DNA of 61,931 nt, filler included, from Basidioascus undulatus (taxonomy: Eukaryota): assembly GCA_000826855.1 (NCBI GenBank). It is 3 parts of 3 records of this genome, joined end to end, with 100 filler letters (N's around TTAATTAATTAA, not from the genome) between each part and the next. Parts side by side here need not be neighbours in the genome. Positions count along the whole stretch, not along the records: positions 1 to 20,607 come from JTLS01000366.1; 2 more parts are not named here. The stretch is one strand, 5' to 3'. Positions 1 to 13,556 of the stretch are shown piece after piece; position 1 is the first letter of the stretch; each line of letters begins with the position of its first letter. A program made the translations under genes and the position numbers. Under the pieces are notes generated by a model. It saw only the letters and a list, made by a program, of their open reading frames with translations. It did not search any database and was not told where the DNA came from.

Positions 1-1659
1 CCCGAAACGACCGCGCATCCCGCCCTGTGCTCCCGCCGCTCTACGCACACGCTCCACCCGCGGGCCAGGACCACTGGGACCGCGTCGGCATCTCGCGCAG
101 CCCCTCCGCGCTCCCCGCCATCCTCGACGACGGCGGCGAGCGACGCCGCGCCGGGGAGAAGCGGGGCCGGGACAGCGATCAAGAGGGTGCGGGGCTCCCC
201 ACACCAGGGTCTGGGGTCGCAGGCGGGCAGCAGCAGCAGCCGTCCTCCTCCTCCCACCGGGGAATGGGCGATCTGCGCTCCTTCTCCCTTGCACCGCCCG
301 ACCCGAAACGACCGCGCATCCCGCACACATCCAACAGCCTCCCCTTCCGCCAGGCGACGCCAGCCGCCCCGCCCAACGGCTCCACGAACCCCTCCTCCGG
401 CGCGTCCTCCTCTGCGCCCTCCCCGGCCCCCACAACACCCGGCGTCAACTCCGTCTCATTCAACCTCCCCGGCTCGGCGGGTCCGTCGTCGTCTTCCTTC
501 GCTGCGCCCGGCAATCCCGCTCCCCGCCCCCGCTCGTTCTCCGTCGCCCCGCCTCCGCCTTTCGACCACCACAGCACGCACGATGAAAGCCCCGATCTGG
601 AAACGGACGAGTTGGCGGACGCAGGGAGCGAGGGGTGTGGTCCGCGGCAGTCCATGGCCGGCGGAGGGAGCGAGCAGGGTGCGGCTCGCCGGGCGCGGTC
701 AGCGAGAAAGCGGGCTTGCGACGAGTGTGCACGGGCAAAGGCTCGGTGAGTCCGTTTCTCTTCACACACATTTGATCACCTCGCCTCTTTCTTTATGATG
801 AACCTCATACTCAATGTGGCTATGTCCGCTTTCAACAGATGCAAAGTCGAGATGCCCGCGCCGGGCGAGCCGATGGTCTGCACGCGCTGCCGCGTCTACG
901 GCCACGACTGCATCCTACCGGAAGGGTTCGTCGCAGAGCCCGAGGAACCCGACAGCCCGGGAAAGCTAGGCATCCCGCGTCGCACGGCCCAGAAACCTAA
1001 ACAACGGCGGATGTCCATCGTCGAGTCCGTCAACGATGGCGCGTCGTCCGCGAGGTGCGTCGCCTCATGCTCCCTCCCCATTTCGTTTACTGTCTCGAGT
1101 ACTGATATTGAGTGCTCGTTCTTCGCTGAACCAGAACGAACCCTGCTAGCCTCCTTCCCTCCCCACCGCCGCAACAGCCGCATGCCGCCGCCGCCGTCGC
1201 GCAGCCAAGCATGTTCCCGCACTCGGTCCCTCTCCCGCAATTCAACGCCTTCTTCCCCAACTCGCACCTCGGCCTCCAAGCCTTCTCGGGTCCCTCACCG
1301 ATGGACGTCGCCTTCCTAAGTGCGTTGCCTCCCTCTCTCCCTTCGTCCCTGCCCTTCGTCCTTTCGCCCCGCTCTACCCATGTCGTCTTTCTCCCACTCA
1401 CTTCCTCGGACGCCCCACAGACGCCGAGATGACCGCCTTCCCGTTCCTGCGCAACCTCGCGAACTACGACATCAACCGCCTGATGCAGTTCATCGGCGCC
1501 GCCGCGCGCGTGGGGCTGGGGACGATCACGCTGCAGCAGCAACAGCAGGCGCAGCAGCAGGCGCAGCAGCAGCAGCAACAACAACATCTCCACCAGCCTC
1601 CACCACCGCTTTCGACGCAGACGAGCCCGCAGATGCAGGCGTCGCGGCCCGGAGAGTGA
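1..1659 (+). CDS. Zn(II)2Cys6 transcription factor with C-terminal poly-Q, 5' end outside the window or unresolved
   Basis: Splicing out intron 746-838 gives RKRACDECARAKARCKVEMPAPGEPMVCTRCRVYGHDC, a six-cysteine binuclear cluster. Further GT-AG introns at about 1055-1134 and 1320-1420 keep the frame open to TGA at 1657-1659. Confidence 0.85.
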
Positions 1660-3752
1660 TGGTGTGGCGTTGAGATGTACTACTAGCCTGGACATTCTTG
1701 AGACTCTTGATCATGACAATTTGTATTCACAGCGCTTTGCATGGGTTTCTGACAGCGTACCTCTACCAGAGAACTTGGACCGTCGCTTCTAAAAATTGTG
1801 AACTAACGGCTCTTTGGCCTCTTCACTGCTTTCAAACTTCGCGCAACTTCGACTGGTCAAGGTGGTTACTCGATGCGCCCTGTGCTCAAACAAGCTCCTC
1901 GACCGCTCCATGTCTTCGCGATGAGCACATCTTGGAGCCGCCTTGCGCGCTTGAAAAGCGTTCCATTTTCATATAGATAGCTGCTCAAGGCGGTTCAAGT
2001 GCAAGCGTCAGAATCCACCTGGAGCGTCATGGACAGTGGTTGCCGAGGGTCCGGATATGGCCCCACGCACCAACTTGCACTACTCCTTATCCGCCCGTCT
2101 ACTTGTGATCAGATGTCAGCGCCTGCGCTCCACTGAATTCCCGGATGTTCGCTGCGCGTGTAACTCGAGGAAAACAGTGACTTTTGAAGGCGGGAGCGTG
2201 ACAGCGGACTCGCAAAGCCTGAGCGAAATTGCCGTGGGTGACGAGGAACTGCAGTGGATTTAGAGATGGCCGCTGTGTAAAGGAATTTGAAAGGCCTTCT
2301 GTTACTGTTCATGAAATACTGGCAATTCAGTAGCATGGGAGTGGAGTTGGGAAGCGTGTTTCGAGGCGCACTCCGCCTGCACGCCTGGTACGCCTCATTC
2401 GAACTTGACCCACGTCTCTCAGTGACTGTGGCTTGCTCAGAACGAATACTTTCGCATTATTACGCTCATTAACAGAGTTATTATGAAATTGAGTATTGAC
2501 TGGTTCCTACCAAAGGCAAGGCAGCACCGTTGCCATGGCATGTACTCGCTTTCAGGGAAAAATAAAGGTAGCTTGTCAGGCATCGCTCCCCTGTCAGTGC
2601 AGCTTCGGGAATCTTTAAAAGATTCTCTCCCCTCACCCATATGGCTGCTGGGGTTTCTCCAGGAGTCCCAGGTACAACCGTACAACCATTGAGAGGGGAC
2701 GGTATCCACAGCTTGCATCATGATCGTTGACATCCCCGCTCGTCCGCATCTGTGCTGCCTGAATTAACATGCGGGCCTTCCAGACGCAGCGCACGACAGA
2801 ACAAACAACGTTACGGGACGAAAACAAAAGCCGGGATGTACAAGAAAGTTGGAGCTCAGACGACTCCTGTGTAAGTGCATTTGGCTTATGAACAGTTGCA
2901 TGCCTTCCAATGCTCCCGGAGTCGTGGGGCTGCGGCGGATCCAAGCGGACCAGAGCGCCTTCATAGAGTCCATAATTGAGGGCAACGGATGTGCCCATCC
3001 TCGAAAACGTTTGCACAACATCCAACCTTCCCCTTGAATGATCGGCCGGGAGAGGAGAAGGGGCAAGAGGCTGCTCGATCTGCGCCTCATGAGCGGCCGG
3101 GGCGGGCTCAGTTCAGCAAAGTTGGCCCCGCCCTCTGTTTCTCTTGCGGAGAATGTTGCTTGTCCAGAAAACTGAGCAGGATCAGGGCGAGCCAGGGCAG
3201 GTTGTGGTGGTGTGCGAATCTAGTTGGGCCTAGTGTTCAAAAAGTGAACAACATGGAAGGCCTGGATGATAACGTCACGACAGTCTCGACTTGAGCCGAC
3301 TCGGGGCTTGCGGTGCGGCTTGCTTGCCGCCCTCACACTCTGCATTTTGCACCGCCCGCGCATACGACCGCATATTATCGCCCACACCGGCGCTGTACTA
3401 CCCCATTTCCTGCCAGATCCGCCACACCGGTCCTTGGGAATCCACGCGGGCGCACTACCGCAGCTGCAGCGCTCTCTCCCGCCGTGGGCTTCGCCAGGCG
3501 CCTCTCCACACTTCTCGCCAGACTCCGTCACGGTCCTACAGCGGGATGACGACGGGCACAGCATCCGCATCCCCTCCGCGTCTCGCATCTCCTGACCAGC
3601 GCACCGCCGGCCATCTACGAGGCGGGAGCGCCGCGATCGGCAGCTCCTCCGCACCACCGATATCTCCCAGAGAGCCCTCGAGTCCCCCGACGCGCATCTC
3701 GTTTAGCCCGCCGCCCCAGCCCGCCCAGCTTCTCCCGCACCAGCGGAGCCCG

Positions 3753-6700
3753 ATGCCGTTCCTCACGAGCCCGGCGCTCTCGAGCACCGTGACCGTGCTC
3801 GGCAGCTCGTCGAGCGAGCCAAGCGGCCAGCCCTCGGGGTCCTCGCATGTCCCTTCGGGACATGCCGAGCTCAGCGTCGTCGATGCGTACGGCGCGGCCG
3901 TGGACGGCCCGATCTTGCAGCGGAGAGGATCGGACCAGCGCAGGATGAGCGATGGAGAATGTGAGTCCAACGCATACGCTCCTCACCGTGTGCATTTGTG
4001 CCTTGTGCCTAAGCGGTTCAGAAGGGGAAGCCGCCGTAGTTTAGTCGGGGCTGATTTCGATGTCTCTTCGTCCCTTGCAGGGCCACCGCGCATACCGGTT
4101 CCGCACCCGCTCGTGAGCGGGTCCGACCCTTCGGTGCGCACGGTGCGAAGCGCATCCGAAGGCCTTGGGGATTATGACTGGGCGTATTTCATGTCAGCAT
4201 GTGAGTAATACAGTTACTCCAATACAGCTGTGGGGTCGAGGCAACTGACATTTCCGCCGTTCAGACGCCGCCGGTCGATGGGATCCCAACCAGATTCCGA
4301 ATCCCCCAAAGACCATCGTCACCGTTCCCTCTAGAAGCGTCAGACCGGCCTCGACGACGTCCACACCCATCGGCTTCCCCTCCTCCCGCGACATCGCCAG
4401 ATCCAGCGCCACCTCACCGCCGGCCCAGAGCGCGTTCGCCAACGTCACCGGCAGACCGGCGAAGGAGCTCGCGAGCACGCCCTCACCGAGCTCAACCATC
4501 TCCGTGCTGCACTCGAGCGGCGGGTCAGGCGAATTGGGAAGCTCTGCCTCGACAACGATCTCTTCCGTCTCTTCCTGCTTCTCCAAAGCCGCTGAAGAAG
4601 CGAGCGCTGCGCCTCCTGTCCCGCCCTCATCGTCGCCGCCGGTCACGCGCCGCGGCAGAGCAACGTCTCGTTCGACGCCGGACATCGACCTTTCTGCCAC
4701 TGCCCTCGCTTCCGCGTCGGAGCATGTTCTCCTTCCTCTGCACGCGTCGGACATCAATGCGGAACCGTCGACTGCCGCCACCGTCCGTTTAGCGAGCGCC
4801 GTGTCGACGAGTAGGCCGCACGCCGTCGAGCAAAGCGAGGACTCGTTCGCCGACTCCGCGGCGCACTCGTCCGAGGGAGTCCGTGCCTCTTCGGTGCCAC
4901 TCTCTGCAGCCTCGTCGTCCGGCGTCCTCCCAGGCGACAAGCCGCGCTCCTCTACGCTTCCGCGATTCAGCACCTCCGCATCGGCCTCGTCCGTACCGAA
5001 CGACCCCCTTCCGTCCACTCGCCCTTTCGTTCCTCATCGGACAGCCTCGCCTATACCGAACCCGCCGACGGATTCCGCGCCGGAACCCCATGCACCCGCC
5101 GTTTCCGAGCCTTTCAGTGAGCCGTCCATGACCGACTACTTCAGCGCCGTGCGTACGCCTCAACCCTCCCCAACCACTTTCTGCAACTCCTCTTCCCCCG
5201 TACCCGAAGCCGGAGCCGATCCCCGAACGGACATCGCCGAGTCTTTCGCCAACTTCAACCTCGGCGAGGACCATGCCGCGCCCGTCTCGGAGCGCAGCAG
5301 GGAGCGCGCTCCACGCGTCATGCGCTTCGACAGCGACACGACTGTGCGCATGTCGCCGCGGCGCGCGTCGTCACCCGATCGCGAGCGCCCCAAATCGCCG
5401 TCGCAGGCCACGGTGGAGGAGGCAGTGGATGAGGCGTGGTGCTGCGCGGGCACGGTGCTCGGCACGTCGACCGCGAGTCCGGCCACTCGGCGGCGCCGGT
5501 TGGCGCGCACGCAGAGCTCGCAGCCGGACGTGCCCTTCCCCGCCTCGCCGCAGACCGTCCAGTACACCGACAACCTGCCGGCTTCGATAGCGGGCGACAC
5601 CAAGAAGTTCATCGCACAGCAGCAGTTCGAGGAGCTTGGGTACCTCGTCGCACCTTTGCCGCCGGATGAGGAGGCTCGTCGTCGGGCTCTTTACAGGTAT
5701 AGTCTACAGCGCTACGATAGGTGGATATGCGCTGACGTCTTGTCTGTCCTTCAGATTCGGCATTATGCATACGGCTCCCGACGTCTCGTTTGATCGCATC
5801 GCACATCTCGCCAAGGTGAGTTGACTTCCGTATATATTCGAGACCGAGCGCCTGACATGTCTTCTTTGCAGCTTGTATTCCAAACTCGGATCGTCATCAT
5901 TACCCTGGTAGACGGTAGAGAGCAGTGCGTCTATTCATCGCTCCCCCTTCAGCCATCGCCATGGTCTGACAAGTTTCCTTCGCAGATGGTATAAATCGGA
6001 GAGTGCGTAGGATGGCCGCTTCAGCGGAGCGGAGCGATCGATGAGCTTACACAAAGTACAGGTGGGCTCGGAACGAACATGGGAATGAGAGGGCCGTCTT
6101 TCTGCGCGCATTCTATCCTTCAAAAGTGCGTGTACCTCCCCAGAAGCTTTATGACTCAGAGCTAACATTTTCCGTTTGCTCTGTGCAGGAGCGGCGAGCC
6201 GATGGTCGTTCTCGACGCGAGCTTGGATTGGAGATTGTCAGCCGCATCTTAACCTTCGCTTGGTGTCCTCTCATGTGCTTACCCCCTTTCTTATGCAGCG
6301 CCAAAAACCCGCTCGTCGTCGGCCACCCGCACATCCGCTTTTACGCCGGTGCACCGCTACGGACGTCCGACGGGCACAGCATCGGCAGCCTCTGCGTGAT
6401 CGACGACCAGCCGCGCTCCGACTTCACGCCTCGCCAACGACATACGCTCAAGGAATTCGCGGCGATCGTGATGCGAGAGCTTGAGCTCTGGCGCGATAAG
6501 GTTGGTGCAGTGTCCGCAAACTGGGCTTGCTTGATGGCGATCGGCTAACCACGCCCGTTATAGATCCAACTACGAGTCCGGGACCGGATACAGACGTCGA
6601 TGGAGGAGTTCACCCGCGATATCCTTGAGATGGACAGCGGATCCAACCGTCCGCAGGTGGGCCTCACCAACATGCAGAACGTCTACGAGCGAGCAGCTCG

Positions 6701-9700
6701 GCTCGTTCAACGCACGCTCGGCGTCGAGGGCGCAGTCATCCTCGACATATCTCAATTTGAGCTTGCCGAGGCTGTCGGCGAAGATGGCACGACCACGCAC
6801 TACTACTTCCCTGTCAGTCACTGTTTTCCGAAAGCTGATTTTTTCCCGTAGCTGACTGGTACACGTTGGGCCCACAGAATCCGAATGTGCACCGCCTGCA
6901 ATCTCCCTCTACCGCATCGAGCTCGCGTGCGAGCTCGCCTACTCGCTCCACAAGCAACGCGTTCGGCCCGACGCCGGCGATGCCAGTCCTCGCCGCGTCC
7001 GAGCTCAACACGCCTCCCGACCGGGCGAAGCCGCTGTCAGCGGCGGACACTGAGAAACTCTCAGCCTTCCTGCGTCGTCATCCAGATGGGCACATCTTCG
7101 AGTCCGGCGTCGTGCCGTCGTGCTTCCGCCACTTCATCGGCCCCAAGACGCAGTACGCGATGGGTGCGTTTCTCGTACACCTTGAGTCCCCGCAACTGAG
7201 TAGTTGACCGATCAAATTTTCTCAGTCGTTCCCGTCTTCAACATGAGCCACGAGCGCGAGGGGCCGTTCGCGTTGCTGCTGGCGTACACGACGGACCGCA
7301 AGCAACTGCTCGAGGGCTACGAGCTTCAGTTCTTGCGAGCCATCGGCGTCATTGTAAGTCGCATTCCGAGCCGTGCATGGCATGCTCCCCTTTCTGACGG
7401 GTTGCGTTCACAGATCCTCTCGGCTGTTCTCAAGCAACGCATCCTACTCGCGGATAAAGCGTGAGTCCACTGCGTTCCTGCTTGTATCCAAGCGTATACT
7501 GACGATGTGTACCCTCACAGGAAGCAGAACTTGTTCGTCCCTTTCCTCTGCCGTGGGGTAAAATATGTTTCTGACGAAACTTCATTCCTGCAGCATCAGC
7601 AACATCAGTCACGAGCTCCGAACGCCGCTGCACGGCATCCTCGCTGCCGCGGAGCTGCTGAAGGAGACGCCGCTGGACCCGAACCAGACCGAGTTTCTCG
7701 ACACGGTCTCCGCATGTGGTCGTTCGCTTGCAGAGACGCTCAACCACGTTCTCGACTTCACCAAGCTCTCCGGCGCATCTTCGAGCTCGGGTATCGAGAA
7801 GGGCATGCGCTTGTCCAAGTTCGTCTCGTTTCCGGCAATTTGTGTTTGGCTGCTTGCTGATAGCCTCGTCTTGCAGGGTCGACTTGAGGAAGCTTGTCGA
7901 GGAGACTGTCGAGAGCAGCACGATCGGTCACCGCGGTCGCGTTGCCGAGAACGCTTCGGAGATCGGAAGCGTCTACGCGCCGCCGTCTGGCAACTCGCCG
8001 TCAATCGGCCAGAAGGTCGATCAAGTCGGCAGGCACTCGCAGGTGGAGACGATCATCGACATCGACTTCTGCAGGGTACCTCGTCGCTGTTTTGCTGTCT
8101 CGTTTGACGTCCGACTGACGCCTTCTCCGCAGAGCTGGGTCTGCCGTTGCGAAAAGGGCGGCCTCCGGCGTGTCCTCCAGAACCTCATCGGGAACTCGCA
8201 AAAGTTCACCAAGGTAAAGACGACCCCTGGCTTCTCTTGACGCGGTTCCGCGGGTCTAACGAGAATACAACACAGTCCGGATTCGTACACGTCCAACTGC
8301 GAGAACTGGCACACTCGCCCGGCAGCAAGAACATTCCGATCGAGCTAGCAGTGCTCGACAGCGGCAAGGTGAGCCACACCTGGCTGTTCCAATCGGCGGT
8401 GCTCATGTATCGAGTCGTGCTGACCCATCTCTTGATGCGCTTTTTACAGGGCATCAGCAAGGAGTTCATCGACGATCAGCTCTTTCAACCTTTCAGCCAG
8501 GAAGACCCCCTGCAAGCGGGAACGGTACGTTAGCTGGGGAGCTGGGGATGCGATTCCCTGCATGGGCTGTCCCTGATCCAGTGCATTTGCAGGGTCTGGG
8601 TCTCGCCATCGTCGACTCGATCGTCAAATCTGCTAGCGTCAACGGCCAGATCGATGTTCGCAGCCGAGAGGGCGCCGGCACCGAGATCCGCATCACGCTC
8701 GAGGTCGAGATGGTTGAAGACGCTCCGCCCAAGACCGTCGCGCGCCGAGGTCTCGCCGCGCGCCTGGGTTTCGAGTCGACATGGCGTCCGACGGTCTCGC
8801 TGCATGGGTTCGACGAAGAACATCGCGGTGTCAAGGCCTTGCGCGACGTGATCGAGAAGTACCTCGTCGTGTGGTACGACCTCGACATCGTCAGCGGAGA
8901 ATACGGCGATATCCTGCTTGTCAACGACGACCCGAGCGTTCTCAACACGCTCGTCCTGCAGCGCGACGCGCATCGGCCGGCGCTGCTTCTGTCGTCCTCT
9001 CGCGCTGATAAGAGCATCGGCGCGTCGGTCGATGCGTACGCGCGTGCAGGCGGCATCGCGCGCGTCATCTACAAACCCGCTGGACCGTCTCGCCTGGAAG
9101 GGTAAGCTGACCTCATCCCGTCGACATTTCGCCCCGATACTTACGGGAACGTGCTGTTGATAGGACGCTCGAGTCATTTCTCCGCATTCTCGATGTGCGC
9201 AAAGGCGGCAAGGGCGGTCTTTTCGCGAGCGAGAGCTCGGGCGAGTCGCCATTCCCGTCTCCTGCCAATTCGTCGATATCTGGCCGCACGGAATACTTCA
9301 CCGCCGCCGACATCGGCGTGCAGACGCCCGAAGTCCATACGCCTGATGTGCGGACGCCCACGCAGGAGGACAGGACACCGACGTCGAGCGTTCCTCAGCG
9401 AAGACCTCCAGAAGCGTCGCCCTTGGTCAGTCCCGCGGTCGCTCGCGCGTCTTTCGATGCCGATAACGCGACATCGACGCCGATTGCCGACGGAACGTCT
9501 GGGACGCCTTCCGGTCTCGTCCGGCGGCGGTCGGAGGATCAGCGCTCCTCCAGTGCACCGCGACGACCGACGTTGCCCCCTCGCTCGATCACATACCAAC
9601 ACTCGTTCTCGGGCGAAGCCGCTCCATGGGCGTCCTTTTCGTCGAATGCGTCCAATCCGAGCACACCTGGTACGCCGGGCACGCCCGGCTCGACCATCTC

Positions 9701-10467
9701 CATCGCTGGCTCGTCGGGCGCGATGCTCAAGTCGGCGACCGAGACCGAGCCGGTCAAGGCCCCTGGGCAGCCTTTCCGCGTTCTCTGCGTACGCTGCCCT
9801 TTCATCCTTTTGCGCGCTTTGCACTCACCCGCTGGTCCGTGCAGGTCGACGACAACGACATCAACTTGAAGCTGCTCACGACGTTCTTGAAGAAGAAGGT
9901 AAGAAGTCAACCAAGACCGGAGCATCGGTCGGAGCTAACGGTCTATTCTACAGGGATGCCAATATGTCGAGGCGTGCAACGGAGCTGAAGCAGTTCATGC
10001 GGTCGAGACGCGGGCACCGGGATACTTTGCCGTGATCTTGATGGACGGTGCGTAGCATCCTTCGTCGGTGTCTTGCGCGTCTCGCTGACGGAGGGCGCTC
10101 CCTTGCTGCAGTTTCAATGCCAGTTATGGATGGCCTCACGGCAACGACTGAGATCCGCAAGATTGAGTCGTCGCGGCGCCGGGCTGAGTCCACCGGCTCG
10201 AGACCGAACATCAAGCCACTCGTAACCGCCCCGTCCAACTCTTGGCCATCAACGAAGATATTCGCCCTCACCGGCCTCGCATCGCGCGAGGATCGCCGGC
10301 GCGCTTTCGCTGCAGGCGTCGACGGCTACTTGATCAAGTGCGTCAGACGCGTGTTTCTAAGCGCCAGTACGAGTGCTGACTGCTGTGCGAATTTTTACAG
10401 GCCAGTTTCTTTCCGCAGCCTTTCTGTACTTTTCTCCAACATCGGTTTCAACACCGATGCCCCCTGA
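3753..10467 (+). CDS. Hybrid sensor histidine kinase (GAF - HisKA - HATPase_c - receiver), many introns
   Basis: GAF motif NPLVVGHPHIRFYAGAPLRTSDGHSIGSLCVID; H-box ISNISHELRTPLHGILA; N-box RRVLQNLIGNSQKFT; G1 DSGKGIS; F/G2 FQPFSQ..GTGLGLAIV; receiver VDDNDIN..ILMDVSMPVMDG..ALTG..DGYLIKPV. The start codon is a best guess. Confidence 0.93.
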
Positions 10468-10756
10468 CCCTAGGCTCCTGCATACGTACTTATCCTCTTT
10501 CACTCTCGCACTTCTCACGGGTTCCTTGCCTGCCCTGTTCTTTCTTTCTTTCTTGGTTTACGACGTTTCCGTGTTGCATTTGTTGTTACACCTCTGCATG
10601 ACACATGTACTACTTTATTTCGCAACGAGCACGGATATTCGGCGATTTGCCGCATTTCTCGATCGGCTCTGCCTCGAGTTTGCGTCAGACGTAAAGAAGC
10701 GGCTTGCACAACATCGACAGCGCTTCATATTGATGCATGTGATAGGCTGCATTGCA

Positions 10757-13143
10757 TCAATCCACCTTCATCGCGTCACTTTCACCATCGATCTCTCCCG
10801 CCTCCAGCGCTTCCGCAAGCCGCCGAGCAAGCCACCGGATGAGCAGCGGGACACTCCGCCCAACACGCACGACCTCCGCCATCTTGGACTCGTCGCGCGC
10901 GAGGAGGTCCACGAGGCTCGTGGGCGCGGAGCTGGCCATCGTGCGCACCCGGAAGCCCTCGCTCGGCGCGGCGGTGACCGTCAGGGAGAGGGGAGGCGAG
11001 GACGCCGAAGGTAAGGACGGCGTCGGTAGAGTGAGGATGACACCGGGTGGGTTGGAAGAGAGCGAGACAGTTATGGGCAGCCGGGAAGACGGGGTTGAGT
11101 CTGCGAGTGCACGAAGGTGCTCAGCTGAGCTATCAACGTTGCACTTCGATGGCGCGGGTCATGGAGGGCATAACCCTACCGTTGAGCAACGCGTCAAGCG
11201 TGATGGCCTCGTTTTCGCTCGTTGCTGCTGGCTCAGGCACTCGTCCGCCTGTGAAACAGCTGGAGAAGATCTCCTGCATTGCGAGGTGCGGCTTGATGAT
11301 CTGCGGAGCACCGTGGCGCGCACGCCGCAGCCCAGCATTAGCTGGAAGACCAGAGACGCCCTTAGTTGAGGGCAAGTTCTTGCGCTTACCTCGACCACGC
11401 GCAGGAGCTCGGAAGGATGGGCGAAGGGGATACGGGTGATGGTGAAGGCGGGAGGGGAGACTGCCTGTGGTGCGAGCGTGTAACGCTGCGTAGGCGAGTC
11501 GGGAAGAGTCTGCATGGGCGGCAGGCAAATTAGCAACAGCGTTGACGCCTGGAGGAGGGCATGATGCGTGACTTGCATGTTCTCGCTCCGCTGGCAAGCC
11601 GTTCGGGACGATGTCGAGAGTCAACAACTGTGCAGTTACATTCGCTCTGTCAGCCAAGTGCACGCTCGCAAGGGTGCCGCCTGAAGATGAAAGAAGCACG
11701 ATAAGGTCGGACCAGGACGCAGACTCGACGTTCGGCAGGTTGGGCGCTCCCGAAGGGTCGTCGCTCCCGAACGCCCTTCCGAGCGCCTCGAGGACGGCGT
11801 GACATGCCGGTCGAGGGAGAGACAGCGCCGGTTCGAGCTGCGCGACAAAGCCGATCTTGTCCGCGTCCGGGACGTCGAGCGGCGGCGGGGCGCTGAGGAG
11901 GGGGAACGCGGGTGTGGCCGACGTGGAGGGATTCGGCGCGGGGGCCGCGGCGGGCGAAGGAGGGAGCTTGTCGGATAGGGATACGGTGAGGGAGTATGCG
12001 CCGGGGAGGGAGAGGATGGGGACGGAGGGAGATAGCGCGTGCTGTGCTGAGGACGGGCCGGAAATGTGCAAAAGGTGCGTGACGTAGGGTCGCTTCGAGT
12101 GGGGCAGAGGCAGGCCGTGTCCGGCGGCGGAGAGCGAGGGGCGAAGGTGAAGGTGTTCCGATAGAGGCTCGGCGGTACTGTTTGCAACATCTATGTAAGC
12201 TTGGTACCAGAGTGCGAACAGCGGGAACGCACCTGTCCTCCTGCTTTTGGATGTTCTCAAATAGCGCGACCAAATTAGCGCTGACCGCGAAGAAGTCCAC
12301 CGGCGCAGAACCGTCCGCGGCGGCTGCGGCGCTGCGCTTATCAAGGCTGACAAGCACGGCGAGGTTCTGGCGGAACCGTCTGAACGCGCGCTCGGCACGA
12401 AGCTCGGTCGACTCGCCCCCCTCGAGCGGGGGCGGCGCGACGAACTCGGTGAGGTCGCACTGAAGGAGTGCGTCGAGTGCGCTCGTGTCCGGAGGTGCTT
12501 CGGAAGAAGCAGTCGCGTAGGTAATTTTGAGGCGCGTGAGCTTAGGCGAAATGGGCGTGGAAGGGTGCGTGCTGATATCGAGGTCGATGACGAGGATCAT
12601 GCCGGCGATGGTGAGCGTGATGACGGTCGAGCCATCGCTGCTTGTCGATACGTCCTGGAAAGCGTCGACGCCGAGCTCTTTCGCCGCGCCCTCCACACGG
12701 CCTGCGAGCCACGGGGCGTCGGGCGGCGAGCCGTTCGGCGGCGCCTGCACGTACGGCACGGGGTACTCGTCCCGCTTCTGGAGCAGCTCGGCAATGCTCC
12801 GTGTGTCGCGCTGCGCGTCGAGGTGCGCTTGCTCGAGCAAGGAACGCTCTTTGAGCAGACCGAGGTACTGCGTCAGCTGTGGGTCGGCCGGGTCGGCCGG
12901 CAGCGAAGAAGTGAATGAGGCGAGAGTCGGACGGAGGGCAGCTAGCTGCGATGAGGGAGATGGTGTGGAGGGGAGGTTAAGCGGGTGGAGGTGCGCGGCC
13001 GTTGGTGCAGACTTCGGCGAGAGCGAGGTCGTGATTGAGTCGCGGACGGAGTGCAGGAGCGAGAGGACCGTCGTTGGCTCGGAAGGCGGCGGAAGCTCCG
13101 GCGGGGGAGGGAGCATCGACGAGGCGACCGCAGGGATGGACAT
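10757..13143 (-). CDS. MED1: Mediator subunit 1 (Med1)-like protein
   Basis: Long spliced minus-strand ORF from ATG at 13143. It carries LGVDAFQD...ITLTIAGMILVIDLDI and FRQNLAVLVSLD, which resemble the fungal Med1 domain, and ends ...SDAMKVD* at 10757. Confidence 0.65.
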
Positions 13144-13556
13144 CGCTGAGGCGCAGAGGTTGGTTTCGAGTATTTGGAAGTACAGCGATCGAAATGTAAT
13201 GATTGTGATTTTGCGAATGCGTCAGTTTCAAAAGTGTGATTATGAGTGAGCACGAGCGAACATCGTGCGAGAGCGACAGGGCACGAGAAAGTACGGGAAC
13301 AGAGCCACAAACCGTCAGCTGGACTTGGTCAGTCAATTTCGAATGTATGATCGACATACCAATGAATACGCCCGCGGAAAACGCAAAGAAGTAAGGAAGG
13401 AGAGCCGGGCGACTGGAGTGTCGTCGCGGACCATTCTCGAATTCGCGCAAGTCCGTCTGGCCGAGCTTACGGTTGCGCACACAGCGCGGGGGAAAAGATG
13501 CAGCGCTCGTGCGGTCTTCTCTTCTTCAGCTTGTGCCGCTACAACTCGTCGTCGCA

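Noticed and set aside
1700..3250. Short ORFs between the transcription factor and the histidine kinase
   Set aside because: I could not identify family motifs, a consistent exon chain or terminal repeats.
4194..13249. Long antisense and alternate-frame ORFs overlapping the kinase and MED1 genes (and similar ones elsewhere)
   Set aside because: These are the expected shadow ORFs of GC-rich coding DNA and contain no recognisable domains.
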